From NCBI GenBank assembly GCA_963835065.1, contig CAWIEK010000053.1:384001-448000 (forward strand): 64,000 bases of DNA. The letters are read 5' to 3'. Below, one piece after another: positions 61,891-64,000 of the stretch. This stretch comes from an uncultured Chthonomonadaceae bacterium. Its GTDB lineage: Bacteria > Armatimonadota > Chthonomonadetes > Chthonomonadales > Chthonomonadaceae. Under the pieces are notes generated by a model. That model saw only the letters and a list, made by a program, of their open reading frames with translations. It did no database searches and was not told the DNA's origin. The translations under genes were made by a program, and so were the position numbers. Position 1 is the first letter of the stretch. Every line of letters starts with the position of its first letter.

Positions 61891-64000
61891 ATGACCTATG
61901 ACAATCCCACGCCGGAGTTGCCGACTAGCGCGCCGGAGTTGCCATCTGCCGCATCGGAAATGCCGAGTAATGCGCCGGAGGCATTGCCCCCAACGCGCCG
62001 CCAGCGTTTGCGGCTCCAGATGGAGGCCGCGCTCCTCAACCGACGCCTGCTGACGGTAACATTGCTGCTTTTGCTGACGGGATTGGTGGCGCGAACCCTG
62101 CTGTTTGCCCGCGAAACGCCGTCCCGCCGCGCCCTGTCGAGCCTGTACATGGATTCGTATGACGCCCTCAGCGCGACCAAATCCGCCTACACTCCCGGCC
62201 TGATTTTTAACGATCCTTCAGCGCAGCCCGGTTCTGCTTCCTCGTCCTTGCTTGCTTTGCGGAACGCATCGGGTGAAAAGAACCATAATGCGGCATCCGG
62301 TTCCGGCGACGGTTCCAATACTTCAATGTCCGGCGCTCATGCGGCGACGGGTTCTGCGCGTCCACCTGCGCAGATTGTTCGTTCCGCCACTGCGCCCGAT
62401 GCCACTTCTGGCCGCTCCACTTCTGCCCGTTTCACAAAAAAAACGCTGGCGCAGGCGCGGGGCGAGCAGGCCGCGCAAAAGTGGCGCGATGCCGCCCAAA
62501 GCAAGCAGGCGCAGGCGGCGGAGTGGCGGCGGTTGGGCATTGTTCTGGCGTTGTTCCATCGTCCGGGCGTACTGGAAGCGCTGGCGCATGTGGCCGACAA
62601 GTTTCCGCCGCTTCCTGTTTCCGAATCGTCTCCTGGCCGCGCCTCGATGCAGACCGGCAACAGCAACATAGACCCGTTTGGGCACGGACGGACGGGCGTC
62701 AGCGTGGCGCAGGAAGTGGCTGCCTGGCAAGCGGTGTATGGGGCGCAGAAAGTGACGGCGGCGCAGGCAGTCGGTTTGCGCAATACGCTGCAGCAGCTTC
62801 GGCTTGGCTGGTTTGAAAACATCGCGCTGGCGCACCTGTACCAGAAAGCGGGGCTTCATGCCGATGCAGTGCGGGCGGCGGAGGAAGCCAATCGCACGGC
62901 AAGTTCCGTCCGGGCGTATGAGAACACCGAAATCAATATCATGCTGTTCGGCTTTGTCGGGCTGTTTTTCGGGGGTGTTTTCGCGCTTGTCCGTTTTCTG
63001 CAAAGCCATCGAAACCGCCGCGATGCCAAAGCCGCCCAAGCCTTTTTCATTCAAATGCAGGCCATCCCGCCGCCGCCCGCCCCGTTCAACGTTCCGAGCG
63101 TTTATGCGCCCCCGTCGCAGCCGCAGGCAGAAGGAATTGCCGCGCCGATGTACCCGGCGTATCCGGCAGGCCAATTTCAAGTCCCTGCGCAAACGGGTGG
63201 CGGACAGCCCCTGCCCAACTTTGTCGCGCCTTCCGCCCCTTTGCTTCCCCAACAGCATAGCGCAACCTCCCGTATGGCTTCCGGGCAGCGCAATGCGGCA
63301 CAGGCGGACGCCGGCGACACAAGCCGCCTTAAATTTCTATCGCAATGGCTTCCCGCTTCCCGCGCTGATGTTGCTGCCGCCCTGCTGCTGGCGTTTATTT
63401 TGTACCTTGTCGGGCATACGGGGTTGGGGCTGCTGACGCGGTATGCCCTGCGCCCGTTTTCCGCGCGCCTGGATGCTATGACCACTTCGCAGCTGATGCG
63501 CCTGGAATGGACGCTTCAGTTTGCGCTGTACATACCGGTCATGCTGCTGCCCCTGCTGGCGCTGCGGGCGCGGCTTGCGCGTTACCGGCAGGCGGGGGAA
63601 GCCTTGAAGTTAAGGGAACTGCTGGCGCATCTTGGCTATCGTACCCGCAGCCTGCCTGCCGAAATAAAAACGGCGGTGTTCGGGTATATTTTACTGGCTC
63701 CATTCCTGCTGCTGGCCGGCCTAGTTTCCCACGCGCTGTTCCACAATTTTCACACGCCGGTCAATCCCGCGCAGTTCGAGACAATGGCCGCGCAGCAGAT
63801 GGTGGACAAAGTATTGATTTTCGCGCTGGCGGCGGTGGTCGCGCCGATTGTGGAAGAAACCATGTTTCGCGGCCTGCTGTACTCGGCGTTACGCGCCCGG
63901 TTCGGCATTGGCGGCGCGGCGATGCTGTCCGCCGCCGCGTTTTCGCTCGTCCATCCGACCCTGCCGGGCGGCTTCCTGACGATCTGGGCTATCGGCATCG
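61891..64000 (+). CDS. CPBP (CAAX) intramembrane metalloprotease with long N-terminal region (partial, runs off window end)
   Basis: ATG 61891 is in frame with APIVEETMFRGLLY...FSLVHP at the window end. Confidence 0.8.
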   Translation, partial: MTYDNPTPELPTSAPELPSAASEMPSNAPEALPPTRRQRLRLQMEAALLNRRLLTVTLLLLLTGLVARTLLFARETPSRRALSSLYMDSYDALSATKSAYTPGLIFNDPSAQPGSASSSLLALRNASGEKNHNAASGSGDGSNTSMSGAHAATGSARPPAQIVRSATAPDATSGRSTSARFTKKTLAQARGEQAAQKWRDAAQSKQAQAAEWRRLGIVLALFHRPGVLEALAHVADKFPPLPVSESSPGRASMQTGNSNIDPFGHGRTGVSVAQEVAAWQAVYGAQKVTAAQAVGLRNTLQQLRLGWFENIALAHLYQKAGLHADAVRAAEEANRTASSVRAYENTEINIMLFGFVGLFFGGVFALVRFLQSHRNRRDAKAAQAFFIQMQAIPPPPAPFNVPSVYAPPSQPQAEGIAAPMYPAYPAGQFQVPAQTGGGQPLPNFVAPSAPLLPQQHSATSRMASGQRNAAQADAGDTSRLKFLSQWLPASRADVAAALLLAFILYLVGHTGLGLLTRYALRPFSARLDAMTTSQLMRLEWTLQFALYIPVMLLPLLALRARLARYRQAGEALKLRELLAHLGYRTRSLPAEIKTAVFGYILLAPFLLLAGLVSHALFHNFHTPVNPAQFETMAAQQMVDKVLIFALAAVVAPIVEETMFRGLLYSALRARFGIGGAAMLSAAAFSLVHPTLPGGFLTIWAIGI

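Overview
This is a bacterial chromosomal window; the gene content (PEP-CTERM protein, TIGR03008-like CAAX protease, ankyrin/HEAT/TPR proteins, outer-membrane barrels) suggests a diderm such as Armatimonadota, which is inference only. Core genes: the end of a cytochrome c oxidase operon (ctaD/E/F), dps, a D-Ala-D-Ala carboxypeptidase overlapping rluB, a BtuF/BtuC-like pair, pepV, gatC-gatA...gatB and yggT. Between them lie small accessory modules: KTSC, coiled-coil+HNH, aspartic protease pair, Uma2, HEPN pair, HTH+PIN, three DNA adenine methyltransferases (one with a divergent HTH-endonuclease partner), ECF sigma with an ankyrin anti-sigma, and several two-component genes. About a dozen accessory genes are frameshifted while most core genes are intact. 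Intergenic spaces carry 7-9 nt tandem repeats arranged as inverted or nested palindromes. The strongest candidate for an undescribed system is a two-copy minus-strand unit (~19025-19285 and ~50760-51100). Each copy has an ECF-type promoter, a strong Shine-Dalgarno, an 8-9 codon ORF ending RSP-UGA, and a conserved ~110 nt structured tail whose 3' end can pair with the Shine-Dalgarno. No tRNA, rRNA, CRISPR array, integrase or transposase was recognised.
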